From Treponemataceae bacterium (GTDB taxonomy: Bacteria; Spirochaetota; Spirochaetia; Treponematales; Rectinemataceae): a stretch of 64,000 nucleotides of DNA. The stretch is from NCBI GenBank assembly GCA_963667725.2, contig CAXXHO010000003.1, positions 1,792,001 through 1,856,000 of the forward strand, written 5' to 3'. This document shows, in pieces, positions 1 to 9,690 of this stretch (position 1 is the stretch's first letter; the number at the start of each line of letters is the position of its first letter). The notes below the pieces were generated by a model. It searched no databases. It was not told the DNA's origin and was given only the letters and a program-made list of their open reading frames with translations. The position numbers and the translations under genes were made by a program.

Positions 1-1
1 C

Positions 2-748
2 ATGGCCGACGCCAGGACGCGCATGGCCTGGGCCGAGAACAACGAGATCAAGGCCGACTATCCTGCGCAGTACAAGCAAGCCGACGCCGCCATGAAGGCA
101 GCCGAGATGGCCTACGCGAATGAGAAATACGTTCCCGCGAAGGATCTGGCCGGCGAAGTATCCACCACGCTGTCGGACGATTTCCAGAAGCAGGTGCTCG
201 CCGACAGGGAAGCCGCCGCCGCGAAAAAAGCCAAGGACGCCGAAGCGGCCAAGGCCGCAGCCATAGCGGCCGCCAAAGCCGCCGCGCTGACCGACATCGA
301 AAACGCCCAGGGCAAGTATGACTGGTCGGTTTCCAAGAATGCCCAGAACAACTACCCTGAACTTCTCGCGAAGGGCGCCATCGAGCTCGATTCCGCCAAG
401 GTAGCCTTCAATGCGGAAGACTATGCCAACGCCTCGGCCAAAGCCCGGGCCGCTTCCGAAACTTTCTCCGGCATCGCGGAATTCGCTCCCCTCCCCGCCA
501 CCTACGTCGTGCGGCTTATCCCCGAACGCAGGGACTGCCTGTGGAGAATCGCGGAGTACCCCTTCATCTACAACAACCCTCTCAAGTGGCCGGTTCTTTA
601 TGAGGCGAACAAGAAGACCTTCAGGGATCCTTCCAACCCCAACCTCATATTCCCGAATCAGGTTCTCCAGATCCCCAGCATAAAGGGCGAAACCCGCTCC
701 GGCACTTGGGACCCGAAAAAGTCCTATAATCCCCTTCCGAGAAAATAG
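2..748 (+). CDS. LysM peptidoglycan-binding protein (spirochaete BB0323-like), probably 5'-truncated by window edge
   Basis: C-terminal TYVVRLIPERRDCLWRIAEYPFIYNNPLKWPVLYEANK...NPNLIFPNQVLQIP LysM; two repeated helical W...YP..Y segments upstream; frame open from the window start. Confidence 0.8.
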   Translation: MADARTRMAWAENNEIKADYPAQYKQADAAMKAAEMAYANEKYVPAKDLAGEVSTTLSDDFQKQVLADREAAAAKKAKDAEAAKAAAIAAAKAAALTDIENAQGKYDWSVSKNAQNNYPELLAKGAIELDSAKVAFNAEDYANASAKARAASETFSGIAEFAPLPATYVVRLIPERRDCLWRIAEYPFIYNNPLKWPVLYEANKKTFRDPSNPNLIFPNQVLQIPSIKGETRSGTWDPKKSYNPLPRK

Positions 749-800
749 GGGATAAAAAATCGGGCGGCCGAACGAACGACCGCCCGATAGCGATTCAAAC

Positions 801-832
801 AAAAAGGGCTGTCCGCGCGGACAGCCCTTTTT
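801..832. terminator. Bidirectional intrinsic terminator
   Basis: Perfect 32-bp palindrome AAAAAGGGCTGTCCGCGCGGACAGCCCTTTTT between convergent genes; a second hairpin lies at 759-788. Confidence 0.85.
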
Positions 833-899
833 CTTGCTTCGGAAAAATTCCAGGTTCCGATGAAGTCAGCCTATCGGAAGCGCGTAAGGATATGAATTT

Positions 900-2231
900 T
901 CAGAAAACCGACATCCCCCTGAAGAATTCCCTGAGCAGGGCGATCATCGCCCTATGGTCCGCTCCCTCGATGGTTTCCCGCACCGCGTGCATGGCAAGCA
1001 GGGGGTGGCCGATATCCATGGCGCGGATGCCCAGGCGCGAGGCCGACATAGGACCGATGGTCGTCCCGGGCTGGATATCGGCGCGGGACATGTATTTCTG
1101 CCAGGGCAGGGAGGCTTGATCGCAGAGAAGCTTGAATACCGATTCGGTAACCATATCGGTGGCATAGCGCTGGTTGACGTTCATCTTGACGGCCGGACCC
1201 TTCCCCAGGAGCGGCGAATAGGCTTCGTCGAATTTTTCGGTATAGGCGGGATTCCAGGCCTGGGCTGCATCGACCGATAGGCAGAGAGAGCGGGCTCCGG
1301 CCTTGTAGAAGTCCTCAGCCGCTCCCTTCATAGCGATATTGATCCTGGCGAGAACGTCGCGCATGAAGCTGGAATTGGCCCCCAGGGCCGTCATGGATCC
1401 AATCTCCTCGGCATCGAGGAAGCAGGCGATCTGCGTCATGGGACCTGGTTTCGCCGATGTGAAGGCTTCCAGGATGGCATGGCATCCCGCCAGATCGTCC
1501 AGGCGAGAGGCGTTGATGAGTTCGCCCTTTTCATCGCTTCCGAAAACGGAGGCTTTCTGGCTGTCGTAGAAGGACAGATCCATAGCGACTATGCCGGCGG
1601 CCGGAATGCCCAGATCGGCGGCAATCCTCCGCTTAAGCCAGGACGGGTCCTCTCCCGGGCTTTCTCCGGTCTCATCGGCGGCCGAAGCCACCTCCACGAG
1701 CACGGGCAGGTGCTGGTGGGCGTTGTATTCCATGCCCTTGTTGATTTCGCGGTTGAGATGGATGGGGAGATTGGGAATGACGCCGACAGCCCTGCCAGAA
1801 TTGTACAGCATCTCCTTTATCCCTTCGCCGTCGCGTATGACCACGCTCCCCGCGAGGGCGAGCGGCCTGTCCAGCCATCCCGACAGGATGGCCCCGCCGT
1901 AGACATCGACGGCGATTCTCAGCATGGACCTGCCGTTTTTCTCGGTATCGGGCCGCACCTTGAGACAGGGGCTGTCCGTGTGGGCTCCGGCGAGGATGTA
2001 ACCCGACCTTCCCATGGGCTGCAGGCCAGGCCTGAAAGCGATAATCGCCGAGGAACCGCGTTCCAGGTAATAAGCGGCTCCGGGCTCAAGATTCCAGGAT
2101 TCCCTCTCCTCCAGGGCTATGGCGCCGTGGGCTGAAAGAAATGCCTTTATGTTGTCGGCGGCGTGGAAGGAGGTAGGCGAAGCGTCCAGGAAATCACAAA
2201 GGCTTCTCGTTGTCTGCATCATTGTTTTCAA
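900..2231 (-). CDS. apeB: M18 family (aspartyl) aminopeptidase
   Basis: SPTSFHA, GAHTDSP, RLDDL, DAEEIGS, GTTIGP and LAMHAVRE motifs; the true start may be ATG 2222. Confidence 0.88.
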   Translation of the reverse strand: MKTMMQTTRSLCDFLDASPTSFHAADNIKAFLSAHGAIALEERESWNLEPGAAYYLERGSSAIIAFRPGLQPMGRSGYILAGAHTDSPCLKVRPDTEKNGRSMLRIAVDVYGGAILSGWLDRPLALAGSVVIRDGEGIKEMLYNSGRAVGVIPNLPIHLNREINKGMEYNAHQHLPVLVEVASAADETGESPGEDPSWLKRRIAADLGIPAAGIVAMDLSFYDSQKASVFGSDEKGELINASRLDDLAGCHAILEAFTSAKPGPMTQIACFLDAEEIGSMTALGANSSFMRDVLARINIAMKGAAEDFYKAGARSLCLSVDAAQAWNPAYTEKFDEAYSPLLGKGPAVKMNVNQRYATDMVTESVFKLLCDQASLPWQKYMSRADIQPGTTIGPMSASRLGIRAMDIGHPLLAMHAVRETIEGADHRAMIALLREFFRGMSVF

Positions 2232-2592
2232 TTCCTTCCCGCGCCGGTTCTTTCCCCGCTCTGCCGAGGAAGGGATTCGCTTTCAGGGACTTAAGTTCGG
2301 AAGAAAGGGTAAAGAGCGTGGTTTTCAGCTCGATGATATCGGCCTTGAGCGAATGGTCGCCCAGCATCAGCTCAGTTTCCATGAAGCGGCAGGCGGCCTT
2401 GAGTCCCAGTCTGCGATCGAAGGCAAGGTATTTAAGGCGGGACAGCACGCAGAGGTCCAGGGGCGTATAGACGCGCCGCCCGAAGACATCTTTTCTCGGG
2501 GCGAGGAATGGCACTTCCTTCTCCCAGAATCTCAGGGTGGAAGCGGGAAGATCGAGCATCGCCTCCACTTCTCCGGTGCTGTAACTCGTCAT
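2194..2592 (-). CDS. MerR-family HTH transcriptional regulator
   Basis: MTSYSTGEVEAMLDLPASTLRFWEKE..P.K...GRRVY MerR HTH; ATG at 2592 overlaps the der stop (ATGA). Confidence 0.8.
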   Translation of the reverse strand: MTSYSTGEVEAMLDLPASTLRFWEKEVPFLAPRKDVFGRRVYTPLDLCVLSRLKYLAFDRRLGLKAACRFMETELMLGDHSLKADIIELKTTLFTLSSELKSLKANPFLGRAGKEPAREGIENNDADNEKPL

Positions 2593-4040
2593 GCTTTCTT
2601 TCGGTCGTTCCAATCCTTGCGCGAAGCCTTGAGATCCAGCTTCACGGGGATGGTATCGAGGGAGAACTCTTCCCTCACTTTGTTCTTGAGGAAAGAAATG
2701 TAGGAATCGGGGACGAGATCGGGTCTCGTCACGAAGAAACAGAATTTCTGCGGATTGAGGCTGGTCTGGACCGCGTAACGCAGCTTGAATTTGGTGCGCA
2801 GGCCGATAGGCGGGGGATTCGAATCGATCCAGGTTCCCACCGCCTTGTTCAGCTTGGAGGTTTCGATGCGTTTCGTCAGCTTCGAATACATCGAGATGAC
2901 GGTGTTCATCATCTTGTCCAGCCCGACACCTTCCTTCGCCGAAATGGCGACGATGGGCGCGTAGGCCATCTGGCCGAAGAACCAGCGGATCTTGTCCTTC
3001 GTGGCTTCGAAGGTGTTCTTTACATCGGGCATGAGGTCCCATTTATTGAGGACGAAAATGACGCCCCTGCCTTCGTCCACGGCGAAGGCGGCGATTTTCT
3101 TGTCCTGGTCGGTGAGGCCTTCTTTCGCGTCGATCATGAGGAGGACGATATCGGCCCGCTCGACGACGGAGATCGATCGCGTGACCGAATAGTATTCGAC
3201 GTTGTCCGTCACCTTCTTCTTGCGTCGTATCCCGGCTGTGTCGAGGACGAGGATTCCCCTTCCCTTCCAGGTCAGGCGGCCCTCGACGATGTCTCTCGTC
3301 GTCCCGGGCACATCGCTGACGATGCTTTTCTCTTCGCCGAGAAGGAGGTTGAGGAGGCTGGACTTGCCCGTGTTGGGCTTGCCCATGATCGCGATCCTGA
3401 TGTCGGCGCGCTCGAAATCGACGGCTCTGACGCCGGTGAAATCCAGATGCGTACGGATCATGTCGACGAGTTCGTCGATATGGCGATTGTGCTCCGCCGA
3501 GATGAAGAGGACGTCCGGGAATCCCCATCGCATGTGGGACCAGACCAGGGCGTCGCGCTCGGCGCTGTCCGCCTTGTTGACGACAAGGACCAGCTTCTTG
3601 GTCATGGGACGCAGCAGTTCGGCGAATTCCTCATCCTCGGGCGTTATCTCGGTGGCGTCGACGATAAACAGGATGAGGTCGGCCCGCGAAAGAATGGACA
3701 GGGTTCTCGCCACGACAAGATCGTCCAGGCCTTCCCTCTCCAGCTTGAATCCGCCCGTATCGGCCAGCCGGCAGCGCAGGTCCGTATCGGGCAGGAGGAA
3801 CTCCTCCTCGATGGGATCTCTCGTGACGCCGGGGGTCGGATCGGTTATCGCCCTTCTCTTGTGAAGAAGACGGTTGAACAGCGTGGACTTGCCTACATTC
3901 GGTCTTCCCACCAGGGCGACAAGGGGGAGGTTTTCATAGCGGACGAGTTTTTCCGGTTCGTCGACGGCATCATTGTCCTGGGAGACTGAATTTTGCGTGA
4001 CCTTCGCTTTTTTCTCGTTTTCTTCCGAATTTTTTTTCAT
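2589..4040 (-). CDS. der: Ribosome biogenesis GTPase Der (EngA)
   Basis: Tandem GTPase domains (GRPNVGKS, DTGG, NKAD; GKPNTGKS, DTAG, NKWD) plus KH-like C-terminus; start 4040 or 4046. Confidence 0.96.
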   Translation of the reverse strand: MKKNSEENEKKAKVTQNSVSQDNDAVDEPEKLVRYENLPLVALVGRPNVGKSTLFNRLLHKRRAITDPTPGVTRDPIEEEFLLPDTDLRCRLADTGGFKLEREGLDDLVVARTLSILSRADLILFIVDATEITPEDEEFAELLRPMTKKLVLVVNKADSAERDALVWSHMRWGFPDVLFISAEHNRHIDELVDMIRTHLDFTGVRAVDFERADIRIAIMGKPNTGKSSLLNLLLGEEKSIVSDVPGTTRDIVEGRLTWKGRGILVLDTAGIRRKKKVTDNVEYYSVTRSISVVERADIVLLMIDAKEGLTDQDKKIAAFAVDEGRGVIFVLNKWDLMPDVKNTFEATKDKIRWFFGQMAYAPIVAISAKEGVGLDKMMNTVISMYSKLTKRIETSKLNKAVGTWIDSNPPPIGLRTKFKLRYAVQTSLNPQKFCFFVTRPDLVPDSYISFLKNKVREEFSLDTIPVKLDLKASRKDWNDRKKA

Positions 4041-4047
4041 GATCATC

Positions 4048-5769
4048 CTATCGTTTGAATCGGTTGGCGATATAAGTCGTTACCTCTGAGGAACTTGTCA
4101 TTTTCATCACCGCCGCGGCCATGGCTTCCGCGTCCTCGAGCTTCTGCGACATGAGGAAGCTCTTCACGGCCGGTATGGATACCGCCGACATTGAAAGCTC
4201 TCGCAATCCCATGCCGACGAGAAGAATGGCGGCCGAGGGGTCGGCGCCCATCTCGCCGCAGAGACTCACGTCGATCTTGGCCCGTCTGGCGGCGTCGATG
4301 GTCATCTTTATGAGACGCAGGACAGCGGGATTGTAGGGATCGTGCAGGTAGGCGACTTTTTCGTTTCCGCGATCGACGGCCATCGTGTATTGGGTAAGGT
4401 CGTTGGTGCCTATCGAGAAAAAATCGGCGCTTCTCGACAGGACATCGGAGCAGATGGCGGCCGAGGGGACCTCGATCATTATGCCGGCCTTGATATGATC
4501 CGGAACGGCATAGCCGCGGGTCCTACATTCTAGCCGCGCCTCTTCGAGGATGCCCCGCGCCTGGATGAGCTCTTCCATCGTGCTGATCATGGGGAACATG
4601 ATGCGTACGTCGCCGAAGAAGCTCGCTCTCAGGATGGCCCTGAGCTGGGTGCGGAAAATTTCCGTCTTGCTCAGGCAGAATCGTATGGCCCTCCATCCGA
4701 GAAGGGGATTCTTCTCATCCTGCGCCCCGAGTTCGGGAAGCACCTTGTCTCCGCCTATATCAAGGGTGCGGATAGTGACCGGTTTGCCGCGCATCCCCTC
4801 GACGACATTCTTGTATGCCTTGTACTGGGCTTCCTCGCCGGGCACATGTCCGCCGAGGAAAAGGAATTCCGAGCGAAAAAGCCCGACGCCGTCCGCGTTG
4901 TGCTCCACCACGGACTCCACCTCATCGGGCACCTCAAGGTTCGCCATGAGGAGGATTCGGACGCCATCCCTGGTGGTGGCGGGAACATCCCTTATGCCGG
5001 CGAATTCTTTTTCCCTGATCAATCTGAGATTCTGCGCGGCTCTTTCTTTTTTCAGCGCGGCTTCATCGGGATCCACCACGACGATGCCGCGATCGCCGTC
5101 GACGATGAAGGGAATCCCCGCCTTCACGTCCGCCATGAAGGATCCTATGCCGAGAACCGCCGGTATCTGGAAGGCCCGCGCGAGAATGGCCGCGTGGCTC
5201 GTCCTTCCTCCCGCTTCGGTGGCGATCGCCTTGATATGGGTGCGGGCCATTCCCACCATGTCGGAGGGAAGAAGGTCTTTGGCAATGACAATGACATCCC
5301 TGTCTATATCGGCAAGGCTGAATCTTTCCCTATGGAGGAGATGTCCCAGAATCCTCCTGACGACATCGTGAACGTCCGAAACCCGCTCCTGGATGTAAGG
5401 GTCCTGGGAGGCCGAAAGCTGATCGATCATCTGCTGTTCCAGGGTAAAAACGATGCTCTCCACGTTGAGCAGCGAATCGCCAAGATTATTTCTCACGCTC
5501 GACGCGACTTCGGGGTCGTCGAGCATCATGAGGTGGGCGTCGAAAATCGCGGCCTGTTCCTCGCCGGCTTCTTTCAGGGCCTTTTCGCGGAGCGCGCCGA
5601 CTTCCTGCTTGGCTTGAACCACGGCTTCGGCGAAGCGAGAGAACTCAGGTTCTATATCCTCGTGGGCGATGGAATACGAAGGTATGGACGCGTTGTAATC
5701 ATCGTAGAAGATGAAGACGGGCGCGAAGGCCGTGCCCGGCGATGCCGCTATGCCATGCAGTTCTCTCAT
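4048..5769 (-). CDS. ptsI: PTS enzyme I (phosphoenolpyruvate-protein phosphotransferase)
   Basis: GGRTSHAAILAR phospho-His motif, GVGLFRSEFL, RTLDIGGDK, NPLLGWRAIR, IGTNDLTQY, CGEMG. Confidence 0.96.
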   Translation of the reverse strand: MRELHGIAASPGTAFAPVFIFYDDYNASIPSYSIAHEDIEPEFSRFAEAVVQAKQEVGALREKALKEAGEEQAAIFDAHLMMLDDPEVASSVRNNLGDSLLNVESIVFTLEQQMIDQLSASQDPYIQERVSDVHDVVRRILGHLLHRERFSLADIDRDVIVIAKDLLPSDMVGMARTHIKAIATEAGGRTSHAAILARAFQIPAVLGIGSFMADVKAGIPFIVDGDRGIVVVDPDEAALKKERAAQNLRLIREKEFAGIRDVPATTRDGVRILLMANLEVPDEVESVVEHNADGVGLFRSEFLFLGGHVPGEEAQYKAYKNVVEGMRGKPVTIRTLDIGGDKVLPELGAQDEKNPLLGWRAIRFCLSKTEIFRTQLRAILRASFFGDVRIMFPMISTMEELIQARGILEEARLECRTRGYAVPDHIKAGIMIEVPSAAICSDVLSRSADFFSIGTNDLTQYTMAVDRGNEKVAYLHDPYNPAVLRLIKMTIDAARRAKIDVSLCGEMGADPSAAILLVGMGLRELSMSAVSIPAVKSFLMSQKLEDAEAMAAAVMKMTSSSEVTTYIANRFKR

Positions 5770-5828
5770 ATAGCATGAATGTAGCAGAAATTCGTCTCAT
5801 CGTAAATAAGTGGTCAGGCACCCGAAAT

Positions 5829-6767
5829 TTACTGGAGCACATTGGCCGGATTCACCGTTTTTCCGTTTTTGTAGACCGAGAAATGCACATGGGGTCCCGT
5901 GCTGTAGCCCGTATTCCCCGACAAGCCCACCCTGCCGCCCTGAGAGAGATACTCTCCCTCCTGGACGGAAATGGCCGACATGTGCGCGTAGAGCGTCTTC
6001 CAGCCGCCGGGATGCCGGAGAATGACATACTTGCCCATTATGGGCGAATACCCCGTCTCGCTCACCGTGCCTTCCATGGCCGCCGCGATGCGCGTGCCCA
6101 TGGGAACGCCGATATCGAGGCCATTATGGAAGGATTTGCGTCCGGAGAAAGGATCCCTTCTCCAGGAGTACCAGGAAGTGATGACGCCCCTGACCGGCCA
6201 ATGGAACAAATCGCCGGAAATCTCCCTCAGGACTGCCGAAGGAAGCTTGACATCGGGCAGGAAAAGAGCCTTGCCCGCATTCAGCTCGGTGGACAGAAGA
6301 CCATTGGTTTCGATGAGCCTGTCGGCCGAAATCTGGTATTTCGTCGCGATGGAGTCCACGGTGTCGCCCTTCGTGGCGCTGTAGATGATACCGGCCATGC
6401 TCGGGATCTTGAGCAGCTGTTCGGGGCGCAGGGCGCGCGCTGACATGATGTTGTTCGCGCTCAGGATGGTGTCCACCGTGACATCATAGGATTCGGCGAT
6501 GCCGGATACCGTATCGCCTTTTTGCACCTGATATACCGAATAGTAAAGGCCCTGGTCCTCAGCCTCGGGATCTGACTCCGAAAGCAGGATGTCGGCGTCG
6601 AGGGAGTCTATGCTGCCCTTGGCGTAACCGGGGCCGGGCATAGGCCTGAAGCTGGAGCCCAGAAGCGTGATGAGGCAAATGACCGTCAGGATGGTTTTTC
6701 GCAGCGAAGGGCCGCTCACCAGAAGCAGAAGAATTTCGTTGTTCACTCGCTTGAATCGTCTCCGCAC
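5829..6767 (-). CDS. LysM-containing M23 family metallopeptidase
   Basis: Two LysM repeats, HNGLD and HVH zinc motifs, N-terminal TM segment; GTG 6767 has a GGAG SD. Confidence 0.9.
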   Translation of the reverse strand: MRRRFKRVNNEILLLLVSGPSLRKTILTVICLITLLGSSFRPMPGPGYAKGSIDSLDADILLSESDPEAEDQGLYYSVYQVQKGDTVSGIAESYDVTVDTILSANNIMSARALRPEQLLKIPSMAGIIYSATKGDTVDSIATKYQISADRLIETNGLLSTELNAGKALFLPDVKLPSAVLREISGDLFHWPVRGVITSWYSWRRDPFSGRKSFHNGLDIGVPMGTRIAAAMEGTVSETGYSPIMGKYVILRHPGGWKTLYAHMSAISVQEGEYLSQGGRVGLSGNTGYSTGPHVHFSVYKNGKTVNPANVLQ

Positions 6768-6797
6768 CCAATGCTCCGCAATATCGAGGATTGAGGC

Positions 6798-6826
6798 ATT
6801 ATACCGGCAGTTCTGGCGGTTTGCAA
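6798..6826 (-). promoter_or_regulatory. sigma70-type promoter of the M23 peptidase gene
   Basis: TTGCAA-17 nt-TATAAT on the minus strand. Confidence 0.65.
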
Positions 6827-6886
6827 TCACTTTTTTCCGGCTCCATCTTGCCCCTGAAGCCCCTATGGCGATACTGTTGCCTTATC

Positions 6887-8455
6887 ATGAGATGCAAATC
6901 AATTCTGGCCCTCGTGGCCTTCTCTTTCTGCGTTTTGGGCGGGATTTCGGCTATAGGCGTCGACTCGGCTTCCATCTCGATCAACAGCGAGAACGTCATC
7001 AGCCCGGGCGCGGCGCAGGTCGTCATACGCGGGACGCCGAGCGGCGCGTATATAGCGGTGGACGGAGGAAGCTCGAGTTATTCGACCTGGACAGGAAGCC
7101 TTTCTCCCGGCCATCACATCATCTCGGTATCGGCCATCGACCATTATCCTGCGCAGTATTCCTTCACTGCCCAGGAAAACACGAAATACACCATCCATAT
7201 AACGCTTGAGGACCATACGGGCTACCTCTCGATAGACGTATTCCCCTACGACGCGAGCGTCTATGTCGACGGATCCAAGGTCAATGGCCCGATCGCGGAA
7301 ATCCCCGTGGGCAGATACAACGTGTCGGTCAAGAAATTCGGATACGACGAAGAAAAACTCCCGATCGTCATTTTCTGGCAGAGGACATCCACGCTGAACA
7401 TCGAGTTGTCGCCTTCGGTTTTCGAGATCAGCGCCTTCGGAGCGAGACCGGAGCGATTCAATCCGGCCAACAGGGGATTATACGATCGCAGCGCCTTGAG
7501 CTTCACGGTGTCGGCGCCGGGCTATGGTTCCATTAAGGTGCTGGATGCCCAAGACAACTCCGTCCACGAGGTGGAGCTGCCCGTTTTCAGGACCTGGTTC
7601 CAGCGCCTCCTCTGGGACGGAAGGGATGAGTCGGGCCGAGCCCTGGCAGACGGCGACTACAAAGTCATCCTTTCCCTCTGGTCGCTTCCCCCTGCCGAAG
7701 GCCAGGCGCAGCCATTCCTAACGCTGGATAGAGGCGGGCAGGCTGATTCAGATCCCGGACTGCCTATCAGCCTTTCGACGACGGTGACCATCGATTCCTC
7801 GCTCACGATCCTGCCTTCGGGGACTTCGGCCGCGAGGCCGGGCCTCCTCTATTTTGCCGATCCCAAGGTACGGGAACTCCTTCCGGGCAGCGTCGAGCTG
7901 GTGGGGTGCTTCCCCGGCGGCGCCTCTGTCTCCCTGGGGTTTAAAATCGGCGACTCGACCATGCTGGCTGTGGAAGGCATCTTCGACGCGGCCCCCGGCG
8001 GCGCCGTGGCGGGCAGCATTCTGAGCAGCATAGGGAAATTCCCTGGGGCCGACCTGGGGATTCTGGGCCGCGTCGCATGGAGCAGCGCGACGGTTCCCTC
8101 CTATCCGGGCTCGGCGTCGGAAGCGGAACTAGCGCTTCCCATAGCCCTCGACATGGGAAACTTGCGTTTAGGAATAGCGCCTGGCGTCGTATTGGACCTC
8201 AGGAACGAAAGCTTCGCGGCTCGGGTCGGCGCTGCCTTCTGGTATGAAAGCGCCGGACTGAGCGCGGGGCTTTCCGCCCAGGGGAACTTTGGGGCATCGG
8301 CTTTCATGAGCCCCGCCAATCCTCTCTACGCGGCGGCTGAGGCGAGGACGCTCTTCGAGAACCTTCCCTTCACCATGCTGTTCAGGCTTTCTGGAACCTT
8401 CGAACCCGGCCTGGTCGATCCCGCCGCGAGCATCGGATTCGGGGTAGCCTGGTGA
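6887..8455 (+). CDS. Exported PEGA-domain protein with FlgD-Ig-like domain and possible C-terminal beta-barrel
   Basis: Signal peptide MRCKSILALVAFSF; two PEGA-like repeats (TPSGAYIAVDG, FPYDASVYVDG); WDGRDESGRALADGDY FlgD-Ig motif; ends SIGFGVAW. Confidence 0.7.
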   Translation: MRCKSILALVAFSFCVLGGISAIGVDSASISINSENVISPGAAQVVIRGTPSGAYIAVDGGSSSYSTWTGSLSPGHHIISVSAIDHYPAQYSFTAQENTKYTIHITLEDHTGYLSIDVFPYDASVYVDGSKVNGPIAEIPVGRYNVSVKKFGYDEEKLPIVIFWQRTSTLNIELSPSVFEISAFGARPERFNPANRGLYDRSALSFTVSAPGYGSIKVLDAQDNSVHEVELPVFRTWFQRLLWDGRDESGRALADGDYKVILSLWSLPPAEGQAQPFLTLDRGGQADSDPGLPISLSTTVTIDSSLTILPSGTSAARPGLLYFADPKVRELLPGSVELVGCFPGGASVSLGFKIGDSTMLAVEGIFDAAPGGAVAGSILSSIGKFPGADLGILGRVAWSSATVPSYPGSASEAELALPIALDMGNLRLGIAPGVVLDLRNESFAARVGAAFWYESAGLSAGLSAQGNFGASAFMSPANPLYAAAEARTLFENLPFTMLFRLSGTFEPGLVDPAASIGFGVAW

Positions 8456-9690
8456 GCGGCGCCGATACGCCAGAGGGCGGAACCGACCCCACGGGCAGGG
8501 TCGGTCTTTTTGCCTGTGCCGGCTACGATCCGGCCGCCCTCGACGAGGTTATCCTCAAGGCCGCCGACTACGCCGGTTTTCCGGAGGTCAGGGGAAAGCG
8601 GATTCTGGTCAAGCCCAACCTTCTGAAGGCAGCTTCCGCGGACACGGCGGTGACGACGCACCCGGAATTCGTGGCCGCCGTCCTGCGTTTTCTCAAGGCG
8701 CGAGGAGCGTCGCGCGTCATGGTGGGCGATTCGCCGGGTTTCCAGAGCGGATTGTCCGCGGGAAAAGCGGCGGGCATCTACGACGCGGCGATCGGAAACG
8801 GCGCCGAATGGGTCGATTTCCTGCCGGGCAAGCCCAGGACGGCGCCTGAGGCGCGGCTCATAAAAAACTTCACCCTAGCTTCGGTCCTCGACGAATGCGA
8901 CCTTGTCGTGAACCTTCCCAAGCTTAAAACGCATAGGCTCATGAACTACACCGGAGCCATGAAAAACCTCTTCGGCCTCATTCCCGGCCTCGGCAAGAGC
9001 AGGATGCATCTGCATTTCGCCGACAAGGCGAAATTCGGAACCATGCTGGTCGACCTCGCGCTGTCAGTACCAAACTGTTTCAGTTTCATGGATGGAATCG
9101 TCGCGATGGAAGGGGAAGGACCGGGCGCCGGCTACCCCTTCCCCCTGGGGCTCGTCCTCGCTTCGGGCGACATGGCGGCGCTCGATTGGACAGCGGCGCG
9201 ATGCATAGGATACGACCCTTCAAGGATTCCTTACCTTATCGACGCGATAGGACGAAGCGGACGCGACCCGGCGGCGCCGCAAATCGAGGTAGGCCCGCGC
9301 GCCGTGGCCGACGTGGCCGCGAAGAATTTCAGACTCCTCCCCTACGGAGGATCGGCGACGCCCGACGTGATCAAGATGCCCGCCTTTCTCTGGAAAGCCC
9401 TGATGCGGATTGTCTCCAACAGGCCGATTTTCCTTCCGGAAAAATGCACGGGCTGCAAAGCCTGCGTCAAGATATGCCCGGCAAAAGCCCTCGAGCTCGG
9501 GAAAAACGCGAAGGGACAACATCAGATCCGCATAGACGATGGCGCCTGCATAACCTGCTTCTGCTGCCACGAGGTCTGCCCCTCCCACGCGATCGCCGTC
9601 GGCAGGGTCCTGGCGAGAAAACCGGGCGAGAAGAAGCCGGCGGAGAAGAAGCCGGCGGAGAAGAAACCTACAGAGAAGATGCCGCGATGA
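8452..9690 (+). CDS. DUF362 domain protein with C-terminal 2x[4Fe-4S]
   Basis: ILVKPNLL, TTHPEFV, NLPKLKTH, TGAMKNLFG, MEGEGP; CTGCKACVKICP and CITCFCCHEVCP. Confidence 0.88.
   Translation: MSGADTPEGGTDPTGRVGLFACAGYDPAALDEVILKAADYAGFPEVRGKRILVKPNLLKAASADTAVTTHPEFVAAVLRFLKARGASRVMVGDSPGFQSGLSAGKAAGIYDAAIGNGAEWVDFLPGKPRTAPEARLIKNFTLASVLDECDLVVNLPKLKTHRLMNYTGAMKNLFGLIPGLGKSRMHLHFADKAKFGTMLVDLALSVPNCFSFMDGIVAMEGEGPGAGYPFPLGLVLASGDMAALDWTAARCIGYDPSRIPYLIDAIGRSGRDPAAPQIEVGPRAVADVAAKNFRLLPYGGSATPDVIKMPAFLWKALMRIVSNRPIFLPEKCTGCKACVKICPAKALELGKNAKGQHQIRIDDGACITCFCCHEVCPSHAIAVGRVLARKPGEKKPAEKKPAEKKPTEKMPR
9613..9687 (+). repeat. 15-bp coding tandem repeat (EKKPA)
   Basis: GAGAAGAAGCCGGCG twice exactly, plus about three degenerate copies. 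Confidence 0.75.

Noticed and set aside
2508..3989. Long antisense or alternate-frame ORFs (e.g. 2508-3989, 26980-28239, 32515-34008, 36058-37398, 37810-39111, 50088-52124)
   Set aside because: They are shadows of well-supported genes in GC-rich DNA and carry no recognisable motifs
9186..9686. ORF-track N-terminal extensions (fumarase from 9186, MerR from 3042, uxaC from 26309, hsp20 from 54352)
   Set aside because: The first three overlap upstream genes, and in all four homology begins at a downstream ATG with a stop/start overlap or an SD
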